From: Flaccisagitta enflata
Lineage: Eukaryota
DNA length: 64,000 nt
Assembly (NCBI GenBank): GCA_965153355.1
Contig: OZ231126.1
Coordinates: forward strand, 4,278,001-4,342,000
Direction of reading: 5' to 3'
A program made the position numbers and the translations under genes. Under the pieces are notes generated by a model that was given only the letters and a program-made list of their open reading frames with translations, was not told the DNA's origin and made no database searches. This document shows, piece by piece, positions 1 to 12,205 of this stretch. Within the stretch, counting starts at the first letter, position 1, and every line of letters starts with the position of its first letter.

Positions 1-1586
1 ATAGAGATGTGAGGATGCAGCTAAAAAAGAGGGAGTGAGAAAAAAGAAAAGTTAGAAATAGAATTCAGGGTATGACAGAAAGATGCAAACAACTTCCCTC
101 CTCCTGCATTAAAAAAAAATCCGATCAAGAAAATAGCTTCCATGGCAGCTTACCTGCAAACGTCTCAGCAGCAGCTCTTCAACTGCAGCAACCCAAAACG
201 ACAGCAACAGCAGCAACAGCAGCAACAGCATCAGCAACAGCACCTACTCAAAACGACGGCAACACATCGTAAAAGTTTATTAATGACTTATTGTAGCGCG
301 GGTGAGAGTCTTCAAGCGTCCGTGACAGCTTCATGGTCTGTCCGTCAGTCCATTTCTAGATGGACTAATGAAAGAACTACAGGCTTTTCTAGTTCAGCAA
401 GTAGTTTGTTTTGTTTTGTTTTGTTTTTTTGTTGTTTTTTTTTTAATTTTGTATTCATGTTTTCTTTTTTGTTTTTTTGTTTTTTTTGTTTTTTTGTGTT
501 TTTTTTCTTATGACAACTTTCAGGCCTGTCCATCGGTCCGTCGACATATACATGCGTTAATCCATCCGTCCGTCCACCTTGTTTATTGATTAAGCGTAAT
601 TTTTGCGTTGCCGCTCCTGACAAATTGCCAAACTAACCTTCTACTAATGTATTACTGTTGTACCTACTGAAGTACTGGCCCTACCCACCGCACGGTACCA
701 AGAATGCCGCGCATCCGGCATTGATAAGTTGACTGGCCAGCTCAATGCCTTAATTAGCCTTTTCATCATTGCCCTTGCCCACCCACACATTATCATAGGC
801 TTCAACTAGTTTTGCCCCATTTCGAATTTCCTCATCTCTCTTTCTCCACAACTGTTCCTTTGTCTTTGATCAACTTGCTCCTTCTTCATCTTCATCTTCT
901 TCATCTTCATCTTCATCTTCTTCTTCTTCCTCTCCTTCTCTTTCCTCCCCACCACCAGCTACATCACCCTTCCATCATCCTTCCATCACCCCTCCATCAG
1001 TCTCCCATCACACGGTCCGCATCTCGCGCCTTACTTAACTGTCACCCAAGGAGGTGAGTACACACATAGAGTCAACCTCCACGTCAGTGGCTTTTTTTTT
1101 CAATCACTTGGGCGGCAACAGCAGCAGCAACAGCAACAGCAGTAACAGCAGTAGCAGCGAATGCAGCTGTCAAGGATCTTTTTTTTGAAGGTGATGGAAA
1201 GGCAGCGGCGTTGTACTGGCAAATGATTACGTTGAGGCTTTTTCTGTTTGCACAACTCCTTACCAACCTCAACATCTTTCCATTCTTCCTCCTCCTTATC
1301 CTCCTCCTCCTCCTCCTCGTCCTTCTCCTCCTCCTCTTCCTCTTTCACCTTACCCTCGATTTTACGCCCTCTTAAATCATCGTGGGGATGGGCAAAGAAA
1401 AAAAAAGGATAAAAAAGGAGGTTAAAAAGTAAATGAAAAAGCAAAAGAAGAAGAACAAGAAGAAGAAAATGAAAAACAAGAAGAACAAGAACATGAAGAA
1501 CAATAACAAGAACATGAAGTAAGAAATAAGCAGAAGAAGAAGAAGAAGAAGAAGAAGAAGAAGAAGAAGAAGAAGAAGAAGAAGAA

Positions 1587-1630
<44 letters not shown>

Positions 1631-2009
1631 GGAAGAATAAGGAGAATAGAAAAAGAAAATGAAGGAAAATAGCTAACGAAGGAGAAAACCATAAAAATCC
1701 TGGCCACGTTGGACAATGAACACATATTTGACATGGTGACATTTTACTGTTTGTGATAACTTTTAATGTTACACTCGGTGACAAATTTCGATGATGAATT
1801 TTTGGGAGATGACATTGGACCCAACGATGGACTTGCTTTTCTGTTTGATTTAAAGCAAAAGATAAGTCGATATCAAACCACATTAATAATTTCGAGCTTC
1901 AAAACTTAGTTCCCACTTACGAAACGTATTTAGCCTTCTTTCTCTTGTTACTAAACTAAATAACCTTTTATGTTCAACGTTTCACCAATTTCAATCGTTC
2001 AACCTGTGT

Positions 2010-2116
<107 letters not shown>

Positions 2117-2600
2117 TCATCAAAATTTATGAGAAATATTTTGCGTAGGTATCTCTCTCTGTTTGAGAGGGCGAAAGATTCATCTTATCTAAGTTGGACT
2201 TTTCAGATGTCTACCAAAACTTCGATGCAAATTTGCCATTTAAGTGCTTTGTTGTCTCTCTGTCACATCTCTCTTTTTTCTTGTTTCCTCTCTCTCTCTC
2301 TCTCTATTAAAGGCATAAAATATAAATCGGAAAATACTTTAAGTTTGAACGGTTTTTGCTTCAAGTGACAAGGCAAATACAAATATTGATGAGGCGGAGG
2401 AGGAAGAGGAAGAGGAGGAGGAGACGGCTGTGGTGGGGAAGAAGGATGAATTGAATGAAGGGAATAAAGAGGAAGATGAAGAGGAGGAGGAAGAGGAAGA
2501 GGTGGAAAAGGAGGATGAAGGTGAGAGCAACAGAAAGGTAAAGAAGAATCCAGTAAAAGTCAAACACAATACTTTTGGGGAATAATGATGTTGAAGGGAT

Positions 2601-3152
2601 GGGCATTGGGTATTGGGCATCGGATATCGGGCATTGGGCATTGGGCATTGGGCATCGGGCATTGGGCAATGGGCATTAGACATCGGGCATCGGGTATCTG
2701 GCATCAGGCATCAGGCATGGGGTATTGGGCACCAGGCATACATTAGGCATCAGGCATCAGGCATCAGGCATCAGGCATCAGGCATTGGGCTTCAGGCATT
2801 GGGCTTCAGGCATCGGGCATCGGGCATTGGCTTCAGGCATTGGGCATTGGGCATTGGGCATTGGGCATCAGGCATTGGGTATCAGGCATTGGGCATTGGG
2901 CATTGGGCATTGGGCATTGGGCAATGGGCATTGGATATTGGGTATTGGGCATTGGGTATCTGGCATCAGGCATCAGGCATCGGGCATTGGGCACCAGGCA
3001 TACATTAGGCATCAGGCATCAGGCATCAGGCATTGGGCATCGGGCATTGGCTTCAGGCATTGGGCATTGGGCATTGGGCATCGGGCATTGGGCATTGGGC
3101 ATTGGGCATCAGGCATTGGGTATCAGGCATTGGGCATTGGGCATTAGGCATT
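2601..3152. repeat. 7-bp minisatellite (GGGCATT/AGGCATC) with a ~260-bp higher-order duplication
   Basis: Continuous ggcattg/ggcatca units; the variant ggcaccaggcatacattaggc recurs near 2728 and 2990. Confidence 0.9.
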
Positions 3153-3883
3153 GTGCTAAGGCTAAACTGCTCTTTCCATCCGCTTTGACATTGGGATAAT
3201 CAATGTCCAATTGTCAGTCTGAATGTCTTTCAGAATGTCTGACTTTCAAGATGTCTCCCATTTGCCTTAGCTCACCTAGTCTGTCTGGACGTTTGTCCCA
3301 TTTGTCTCCATAAAAAAGAGCAACCAACTCATTTCTGAATGGGAAAGTTCAGTATTTGCATATTTGCATTAGATCATGATTCAAAAGGAGTGTCAGTAAT
3401 GATTTTTGGGTGTTTTGGTGTAGTTATAACGTTGTTGTTATCACAGAGTTATGCTGTAGTTGCGTTGGCCATGAAGTTTTGACTTTTTTCCCTGTTGGAG
3501 GATAAATTTGTTGACGTGGACATTAAAATTGATAAGTGGATAAATAAATGGAAGGTGAGAGAGGAGAAGGAGGAGAAGGAGGAGGAGGAGGAGGAGGAGG
3601 AGGAGGAGAAGGAGGAAGAGGGAGCGTAGGCAGGCAAAGGATAAATGAAAGTTGGGAAGAAGTTTTAAAAAAGTGAAAAAGCTACAAGAAAGTTGAAAAG
3701 TTTTGAGGGGAGAACTCGAAAAAATGACAATAGAGTGAACAATAGACTTCGTTTTGATGGAATCTAGTGCTTAAGTTTCAAGTCGGGCACCTTTTCGGAC
3801 TCTATCTTAATTCGACATTGACGATTTGTTATGTTGTCGGTCTGTCTGTCTATCTGTCTGTCTGTCTGTCTATCTGTCTGTCG

Positions 3884-3918
<35 letters not shown>

Positions 3919-4165
3919 GATCAATCAATCTGTTTGTTTAATTAAGATTTTGCCATTTGCAGACTACGAATTTGAAGGAACAAGACAAAGCCCTATTTCA
4001 CGAAGGGTGAAGAATTAGGGATGCAGAAGCAGCCTGGGGGCGGTGAAGCATAAGAAAAAACTGCTGGGTTTGGTGAACGGTCTGACGGACGGAGCGACCG
4101 ACCGATTCAGCCACTTGATCGAACGTAACGGTCACTCTCATGTTAGAGGCTCAGCAAGGGAATCA

Positions 4166-4434
4166 GGGGGCGTTTCTAGTCAAAGACGATCGCGTTTTGA
4201 AAGGGCCACTCGGTCGCTCGCTACGTTCGTTCGCTCGCACCGCTCATTCCGCTCACTCGCTCCGCAGCGCTCCACTTCGCTACGCTCGCTTCGCTCGCTT
4301 GCTCCGTTCACGGGCTCGCTCACTCACTTCGCTCACTCCCTCGTGGGACGGTTGAAATTCTTGAATATGTGTTCACGCTGTGATCGCATTTCATGGGAAC
4401 AAACGCGTTTTTGGTCGTCACTGGAAACACGCCC
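4166..4434 (+). mobile_element. PIF/Harbinger-like MITE
   Basis: Ends GGGGGCGTTTCTAG / CTGGAAACACGCCC, 3-bp TSD TCA; inverted copy at 46603-46793 and a degenerate copy near 35468-35645. Confidence 0.7.
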
Positions 4435-4655
4435 TCAGGGATGCAAAAGCGGATGACCGCCTCCAATTTAGTGTGTGGGATAGCTTCTAGCTTTTGTAGG
4501 ATGTAAGATAAAAGCAGAAGACAAGAAAATTGAATGCTTCCACATCCCTAGACCTCATATGCAAAGGCATTGTAAAACATAACACTTAGTTCAATTGCAA
4601 ATTCTACACAACTGCCTTTTTTATTTTTTGTTGTTGTTGTTGTTGTTGTTGTTGC

Positions 4656-4731
<76 letters not shown>

Positions 4732-5052
4732 ATTGTTGTTGTTGTTGTTGTTGTTGTTCTTGTTGTTGTTGTTGTTCTTGTTGTTGTTGTTGTTGTCGTG
4801 AAAAAGCAAAAAAGCATCAAGATGATTTTTCAAGTGAATTCAAGAGGATTGCACTAATGGCGTAAACAAAATAACAAAAAAACTACAGAAAAAAAAGGAA
4901 ACAAAAAACGTGCAAGGTGCTTTAAATACTTAATTCCAATTAACCATCTGTTGCCATTGAAATGGAAAAACAATCTCGAAAATATGAATTGATATCCTTC
5001 GGTCGATTGCCTACGGTTATTTTGGAATTTATTCATGTTGTAAATACGACTG

Positions 5053-5300
<248 letters not shown>

Positions 5301-6607
5301 AAAGAGAGGGAGAGACTGGGGTACACACAGAATGAGAAAGAGACCGACAGACAACTAAACATATGAACAGGCATAGAGACATACAGACGGGAACAGACAG
5401 ACAATCAGAATGATTAACAGACTCGAGCGGGAGACAGACGGACAAAGTTCTTCCGAGTCTAAACCAGTGGCGTTCGCCATATTGTGTTCCACGAAAACTT
5501 GATTTGGCGTGAAAAAGAAAGGCAATAATTTATAAAACAAATCTAATAATAATAACTAGACAAATCTGTGATGTAGATAATGGCCGCCTGTGGGCGGCCT
5601 AACTACCATCCATGGGCGACCTCACTGCCGCCTATGGGCGGTCCCACTGCCGCCTGTGGGCGGTCCCATTGCCGCCCGGGCGGTCCCACTGCCGCTCAGG
5701 GCGGTCCCACTGTGCTCAGGCAGGAACAGAGGAATAGTCGCAAAGCGCAGATGGTCAGCGGTACCCGCTGCCCCTGTGTCAGTCAGATGTTGGTGTGTGG
5801 TTAGAGGGCGCGCCCGGGGGCCATGACCTATGCTGTTTCGTTCTTTCAGATAGCACACATAGCGTTTTTTTCAAAAAATCAATCGTTGAAGAAACACATG
5901 TTTTTTTAATCAAATTGTGGCGATGATGTCGATAACAAGGATATCAGCAGCTTCACAACTGAATAACAAGAACATCAACAATAACAATGGTAACAACTAA
6001 AACGATGTTGACAGCATTGTTAACAATGACAATCAATATCATAAACATAATAATGACAATAAACGTAATGTCAGAGCCAAGGAAAAAATGCACCATAGAA
6101 ATCAGCTCCTACAAAAACTCTGTACTTGGTTCGGACGAGCTAAGTACAGTCGCGTGTGAAAAGATTCTAGCAACCAAAAAAAAAGAAAAAATAAGAATCA
6201 AATTGGGCAAGACAGCGATGTAACAAGGTTAGTTCATTTTCGTAGACAGAGACAGTATGTATGTCCGTGTGTGTTTACGCGCGTGCATGGGCACGTGCAT
6301 GGGCACGTGCGTGCGCGCGCACGTGCATGTGTGTGTTTGTTTGTGTGTGAATTTGAGTGTGTGCCTGCGTGTGCATTTGTGTATACATGTGTTTGCGTTT
6401 GTTTGTGTGTGTGTATTTGTGTATGCATGCGTGTGCATCTTATGGAAACAAAGCTGGATACATGCCAATCTAGTCGCGGACTGTTGGGCAGGAGCAAAAA
6501 TGTGAAAACCGATCGCAATTCAGAAAAATTACGTATTGAAAGATGGACTGACCAATGGACTGACTTGTCAAGGTATAGTGTCGCGTGTCCGTGACTATAA
6601 AAGGCAA

Positions 6608-7409
<802 letters not shown>

Positions 7410-7766
7410 AACAAAAAAAGGCCACAAGTGAGAGCTAGCGATGGATCAAAACACGGAATTTGTGAGACAGAGAGAGAGAGCGAGAGAGCGAGAGCGAGAG
7501 CGAGTAAATATGACTAAAAAAAGCTCAGGAAGATAAGCTGAAAAAAATGCTCAGAAAGACAGACAGAAATACTTACAGACTTCCAGACAGGCTGAATGAC
7601 AGCCAGATAGTTACTTATCTCTCTTTTTGTTTGTGTGTGGATCTACCATTTCAGATCATGTGATGTGGTTATCGTGAAGATTCATGAGATTGGCGGTACC
7701 AAAGCTTCCTTCATAAAGAAAATCAGGTCATGTTAATTGTCTGATGATTAGTGACTTGATTGAAAA

Positions 7767-8585
7767 ATGAAGACTATCGGATTGCTTTTAGCAGATAGTC
7801 TCATGAGAGGATGCTCCATTGCGGCAAGGCGGCTCTTGATGAAGAATTATGGTTTGAGTGAGTTGCATGTCCGGTGTTTTCCAGGTAAAACCACCGATCA
7901 ACTGTTAGGCGGTAATGGAGAGGTTCACACACTCATGCAGGAAAAGTCTTATGACTATGTCTTTTTGGTTGCTGGTGCTAATGATTTCAATCGTAATGAG
8001 GATGACTGCCATGTGATGAAATGCAAAATGATTGCAAGTGTGCGCAGTGATCTTGTTCATGGGTTTTGTACACAATATCCCATAACAAAGCTGATTTTGG
8101 CTCCCATCCCGATGCGCCGACTGTCCAAAAACCCAAGCATGATTCACGATCATCCAGAGTGCGGATCGCAAACCTGGATAGACACCACAAACAATGCCAT
8201 TTCACTCTATCAGAGTTGTTTTACCGTTTGTCCATGTCACAGCAATCAAGTGAGGTCTGTTATCTCACCTCCCCTTCACAAGTGGCTTCCCTATCTAACA
8301 TCTGATGGGTTACATTTGACAGATGGTTCTAAAGGCCAGACAGATGGTAAACTCAAAATGGTACAGTATCTCCTCAAACCCAAATCAAAGTTTTCACTTT
8401 CACAGGATGACTTCCCTCCTTTACCAGAAGCTTCCGGTAAATTTTCGTTTGAACCGCAGGTTGCTGTACCAAAAATGACACGCAAAGAAAAACCTAATCG
8501 AAACCACTTACATTTTGCAGTGTTGCCTTGCTCAAGATGTTTCTTTCAGAGGCCCAATCAAACAGGCTGCCAAGCAAGTGTCTAA
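7767..8585 (+). CDS. SGNH/GDSL-type hydrolase (esterase) ORF, probably the 5' part of the Helitron-type element
   Basis: Block I LLADSLMRG (Ser), block II CFPGKT (Gly), block III VFLVAGAND (Asn), block V SDGLH (Asp-x-x-His); overlaps the Rep ORF. Confidence 0.8.
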   Translation: MKTIGLLLADSLMRGCSIAARRLLMKNYGLSELHVRCFPGKTTDQLLGGNGEVHTLMQEKSYDYVFLVAGANDFNRNEDDCHVMKCKMIASVRSDLVHGFCTQYPITKLILAPIPMRRLSKNPSMIHDHPECGSQTWIDTTNNAISLYQSCFTVCPCHSNQVRSVISPPLHKWLPYLTSDGLHLTDGSKGQTDGKLKMVQYLLKPKSKFSLSQDDFPPLPEASGKFSFEPQVAVPKMTRKEKPNRNHLHFAVLPCSRCFFQRPNQTGCQASV

Positions 8586-11500
8586 ATCACCTGTTTGTCT
8601 TCCAAAATATGCTCCTGTTCTCCGCAAAAAGCAGAAGAAGCCAAAAAAAGCAGATCTGTGGTTTCCTCCTGTTTCCGATTATTGTTTTTCTCAGCCTAAT
8701 CATCTTCCACGTGCAAAACCGAGAGTGGAACGAGTGAAAAAAGTCAGCAACAAAGACCAACACCGAGAAGAACAGCCAAAGAAACAGGCGAAACGCAATA
8801 TTCCTTGGTATGAGCGACCAGAATTTTCTTGCAACCAATCAGAGGTTTCAAGGGGACGAGGTTTGTTGAAACTTAAATCAAGGACAGATCCATCCCCTTC
8901 AATAAAACGAACACCTCCTCAATTGCAAAAAAAATTTGAAAGGGACCCAAATCTGCTCATCAAATTGCAGCAAAAATTAACCTCTTTCAAAAATCAAAGA
9001 CGACCTCGGCTGAAAAAGACCTATGCTGTAAAAGAAGAACATCCCTGCCCGCATAAGGATAATAGCAATGATGTGGCTGGTGATGATGCCAATGGTATTG
9101 ATTCTGGTTTGGTTGATGATGGTGTTTGTGATGAATTGAGTGATGAACATCCAAAAATGAAAATCCCTCAACCAAGAAATTTTTCTAGGGGACATTTAAA
9201 GAAAGTGATGAAAAAAATCAAAGGATTCCTCAATCCTATGGTTAAGAGTCTATCAAAAGATTCAAAAGATATAGAGGATAAAATATCTCTGACATACAAC
9301 TCAAAACGTGGGTGTCTCATACAATTGGAGAAAAAAGATGGCAAAATAGAAACATTAGTAGATTGCTTTACTAGTCAAAATGATGATGAAGCTAACTCAA
9401 GCTCTGGGTTTTCTCAAAGAGAAGAAATATCGTTATTGTTGGGTGGAAAGGGAAAAAGGTCTAAGAGTGAAGAGGCAAGAAGGCAAAAAAAAAGACGTGA
9501 AGTAAGGGCAAAAAAATTATCTGAAGCAGAAAATCAGGAATTACTATCTAAGGCCAGAGAACGGATAAAAGAAAATTATGAGAAGAACAAAGAAAAAATT
9601 TTGGAAGACAGGAAATTGCACTATGATCAGAGCAAAGATACAATTTTGACAGATAGGGATTTGCATTATGATCAGAACAAAGATCAAATTTTGACTGACA
9701 AACAAATGCATTATTATCAGAACAAAGATCAAATTTTGACAGATAGGCATTTGCATTATGATCAGAACAAAGATAAAATTTTGACAGATAGGCATTTGCA
9801 TTATGATCAGAACAAAGATAAAATTTTGACTGACAAACAAATGCATTATGATCAGAACAAAGATCAAATTTTGACAGATAGGCATTTGCATTATGATCAG
9901 AACAAAGATAAAATTTTGACAGACAAGCAATTGCATTATGATCAGAACAAAGATAAAATTTTGACAAACAGGCAAAGTCACTATAAAGAAAATCAAAATG
10001 ATATATTGACTAGAAAACGTGCCTCATACAAGGAAAAATCTGTAACAACTGCAAAAAGATACAAAGGTGCAAAAGCACATCAAAGAAATTTGAGACTCGC
10101 GAGAAACCTTAAGTTAACAACAATAAGAATGCACGATGAGAGCTACAGGGTAAACAGAAAGGAAATAATCTCTCAGTTCCAGAACTTTTATGAGCTCATC
10201 AAGTACGGACCGGACTTCATCTGCACTATCTGTAACCGAAGTTTATTTGAAAATCAAGTGGTGAAAATCAATAAAAAATTGGATACTGCAGTCAAAATTG
10301 GGGGTAACCAATATAATTGCAGGACAAATAAATTAAGTTTTGATGGATACGAATATATTTGCAATAGCTGTCATGCAAATTTGAAAAGTGAAAAAATGCC
10401 TAAGTACGCGGTTGTAAATGGTAATGAGTTGCCATTTGTTCCTCCTGAGGTAAAGTCATTGAATGAAGGAGAGGAGAGATGCGTCGCCCCACGTGTTCAG
10501 TTTATGAGGGTGCAAAAATTGGGCTGCGATAGGCAGAGGGGCATTAAGAGTAATGTTGTGAATGTCCCAATAGACCTTGGAAAACTTAATTTGCAACTTC
10601 CATGCCCCAGACTTGATAATCAAATAATGCAATTGCATTTCAAACGTAAGATGGAATATAATCATGACTACCTTGCTCAGAACATTGATCTCAACAAGGT
10701 CAAACAAGCTCTTAGCATTCTGGCTAAATCGGAACTGTATAAAGAAGCTGGTGTAGAGATTGTCACAAACAATTTTGAAAAGCTCGAGAAAATCAATGAG
10801 GCCAGTTTGCAAGAGAGCATGAAAGGAATGGAGCTTAGTGGGGAGACCTCATCTTGTAATAAAGGTGAATATGTTGACATTCAAGTGGATGAAGATGATG
10901 ATGACGATGATTGGGATGAGCTGGGTGACGATTACCCAACCAACATTGGAAATGATGACACGATGATCATTAATGAAATAGATGAGCTGCAAGACATGGT
11001 GTACGCCAGGAATGATCTGTCAGTGGCTCCTGGTGAAGGGGAAACACCTTTGCCCATGACTCTAGATGAACACTGTGAGGATTTGGCTTACCCAACTCTC
11101 AATGCTGGAGAGAAGCCAAAAGAACACCTTGTTCCCATGTCATTCAAGGATAAATGTAAACTCCAGCTCATGCATGAAGACAACAGATATAGAACGCATC
11201 CAACATATCCGTTTTCCATTTTTCGAAAGGCAGAAACGATTCTGCACAAAAACAATATAAACATCAACATGAAGAAAGGAAAAAAAGTGGATGGAGCGTC
11301 TGTAACTGCCAAAGATGTATTGGGTAACGATTTCCAAAACATACTCAAACATGATGGCGGTTACAAGGTACTAGCTTCTAATCGATGTAGTCCCGCTTAC
11401 TGGCAAAAGGTAAAGGGAGAATTGTTTGCAATGGTCCGTCAACTTGGAATGCCGACGTGGTTTCTTACTTTCACTGCGTGTGAAACTTGGTGGCCCGAGT

Positions 11501-11832
11501 TGATTCAGTCGTTACAAAGAGATTTAGATGGCAAAATATTATCGGAAGAAGAAATCTACAACATGAGTTGGGAAAAAAAGGTGGAGTTGATTAGAGGGAA
11601 TGCCGTTCTGTGCGCGCGTCATTTCAATCATCGCTTTGAAGCATTCCTGAAGACAATTTTGAAAGAAAAACTGCACTATGATGGTAATTTAGATGATTAC
11701 TTCTTCCGCATTGAATTTCAGCAACGCGGCTCTCCACATGTTCACATGATCATGTGGAATAGTTTGGTTATTACAGCTCTGCTTGTCGTCAAACATCTTA
11801 GCACTTTCAAGGGAATGTTACTTTTTATGTAA
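8515..11832 (+). CDS. Helitron/Helentron-type Rep protein, N-terminal part, truncated after the HUH motif
   Basis: Zn-finger CTIC...CNSCH; LNEGEERCVAPR and NVVNVP (DUF6570-like); APGEG; SPAYW...ELFAMVRQLGMPTWFLTFT (Rep motif 1); RIEFQQRGSPHVH (HUH motif 2); no Tyr motif 3 and no Pif1 helicase. Confidence 0.9.
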   Translation: MQCCLAQDVSFRGPIKQAAKQVSKSPVCLPKYAPVLRKKQKKPKKADLWFPPVSDYCFSQPNHLPRAKPRVERVKKVSNKDQHREEQPKKQAKRNIPWYERPEFSCNQSEVSRGRGLLKLKSRTDPSPSIKRTPPQLQKKFERDPNLLIKLQQKLTSFKNQRRPRLKKTYAVKEEHPCPHKDNSNDVAGDDANGIDSGLVDDGVCDELSDEHPKMKIPQPRNFSRGHLKKVMKKIKGFLNPMVKSLSKDSKDIEDKISLTYNSKRGCLIQLEKKDGKIETLVDCFTSQNDDEANSSSGFSQREEISLLLGGKGKRSKSEEARRQKKRREVRAKKLSEAENQELLSKARERIKENYEKNKEKILEDRKLHYDQSKDTILTDRDLHYDQNKDQILTDKQMHYYQNKDQILTDRHLHYDQNKDKILTDRHLHYDQNKDKILTDKQMHYDQNKDQILTDRHLHYDQNKDKILTDKQLHYDQNKDKILTNRQSHYKENQNDILTRKRASYKEKSVTTAKRYKGAKAHQRNLRLARNLKLTTIRMHDESYRVNRKEIISQFQNFYELIKYGPDFICTICNRSLFENQVVKINKKLDTAVKIGGNQYNCRTNKLSFDGYEYICNSCHANLKSEKMPKYAVVNGNELPFVPPEVKSLNEGEERCVAPRVQFMRVQKLGCDRQRGIKSNVVNVPIDLGKLNLQLPCPRLDNQIMQLHFKRKMEYNHDYLAQNIDLNKVKQALSILAKSELYKEAGVEIVTNNFEKLEKINEASLQESMKGMELSGETSSCNKGEYVDIQVDEDDDDDDWDELGDDYPTNIGNDDTMIINEIDELQDMVYARNDLSVAPGEGETPLPMTLDEHCEDLAYPTLNAGEKPKEHLVPMSFKDKCKLQLMHEDNRYRTHPTYPFSIFRKAETILHKNNININMKKGKKVDGASVTAKDVLGNDFQNILKHDGGYKVLASNRCSPAYWQKVKGELFAMVRQLGMPTWFLTFTACETWWPELIQSLQRDLDGKILSEEEIYNMSWEKKVELIRGNAVLCARHFNHRFEAFLKTILKEKLHYDGNLDDYFFRIEFQQRGSPHVHMIMWNSLVITALLVVKHLSTFKGMLLFM
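9597..9985 (+). repeat. In-frame 45-bp coding tandem repeat (~8-9 copies of LHYDQNKDKILTDRH)
   Basis: ttgcattatgatcagaacaaagataaaattttgacagataggcat units inside the Rep ORF. Confidence 0.95.
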
Positions 11833-12004
11833 AAATACGGCGGAAACTTTCAAAAATGACCCCTTGGCGATCCAAGGTTTGCCGAAATGCAAATTTCTGT
11901 ACTGTTGATTTTGTCATATTTCACCATCACCAATAAGATAACTTTCAACTTTGGAGAATTGCTGCTCTTTAACAAAATAAGCCAAAAACCTCAAATTGAT
12001 CGCA

Positions 12005-12205
12005 TTTTTAGTCGCGTACTACGCGACTCTACACCCCGCTTTGTCCGTTGGTTTGTTGGTCCATCGGTCCGTCCGTCGCTCCGTCACACTTTACTTTTTT
12101 TTTTTTGCGGTCTCTGGCCTCACTGCTCTTGCCCAAATGAGAAAGTGACCTCTATTACGGCCCCTGCCCACCCGCACGCGAATGGGTTAGCCGTGTATCC
12201 GGCCT
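12005..12205 (+). mobile_element. DINE-1/HINE-like non-autonomous Helentron element, family A
   Basis: T-run + agtcgcgtactacgcgact hairpin, (GTCC)n-like tract, subterminal cacgcga, 3' stem-loop gccgtgtatccggc. Confidence 0.75.

Larger units (their letters stand above)
7767..11760 (+). mobile_element. 3'-truncated autonomous-type Helitron/Helentron
   Basis: SGNH ORF plus Rep ORF; similarity ends at ...HVHMIMW; termini not identified. Confidence 0.8.

Noticed and set aside
72-1057. Gln-rich ORF (142-513) and a possible exon ending at gtgagt (1054)
   Set aside because: Low complexity, no recognisable domain, and the phase-matched join runs into a stop
1100-1883. Poly-E/L/F ORFs
   Set aside because: Translations of (GAA)n and (GAG)n microsatellites
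2339-3199. GIGHWAL-repeat ORFs
   Set aside because: Products of the 7-bp minisatellite, open in several frames
9597-9985. CRISPR-like regular repeats
   Set aside because: Head-to-tail coding repeats with no unique spacers and no cas genes; eukaryotic context
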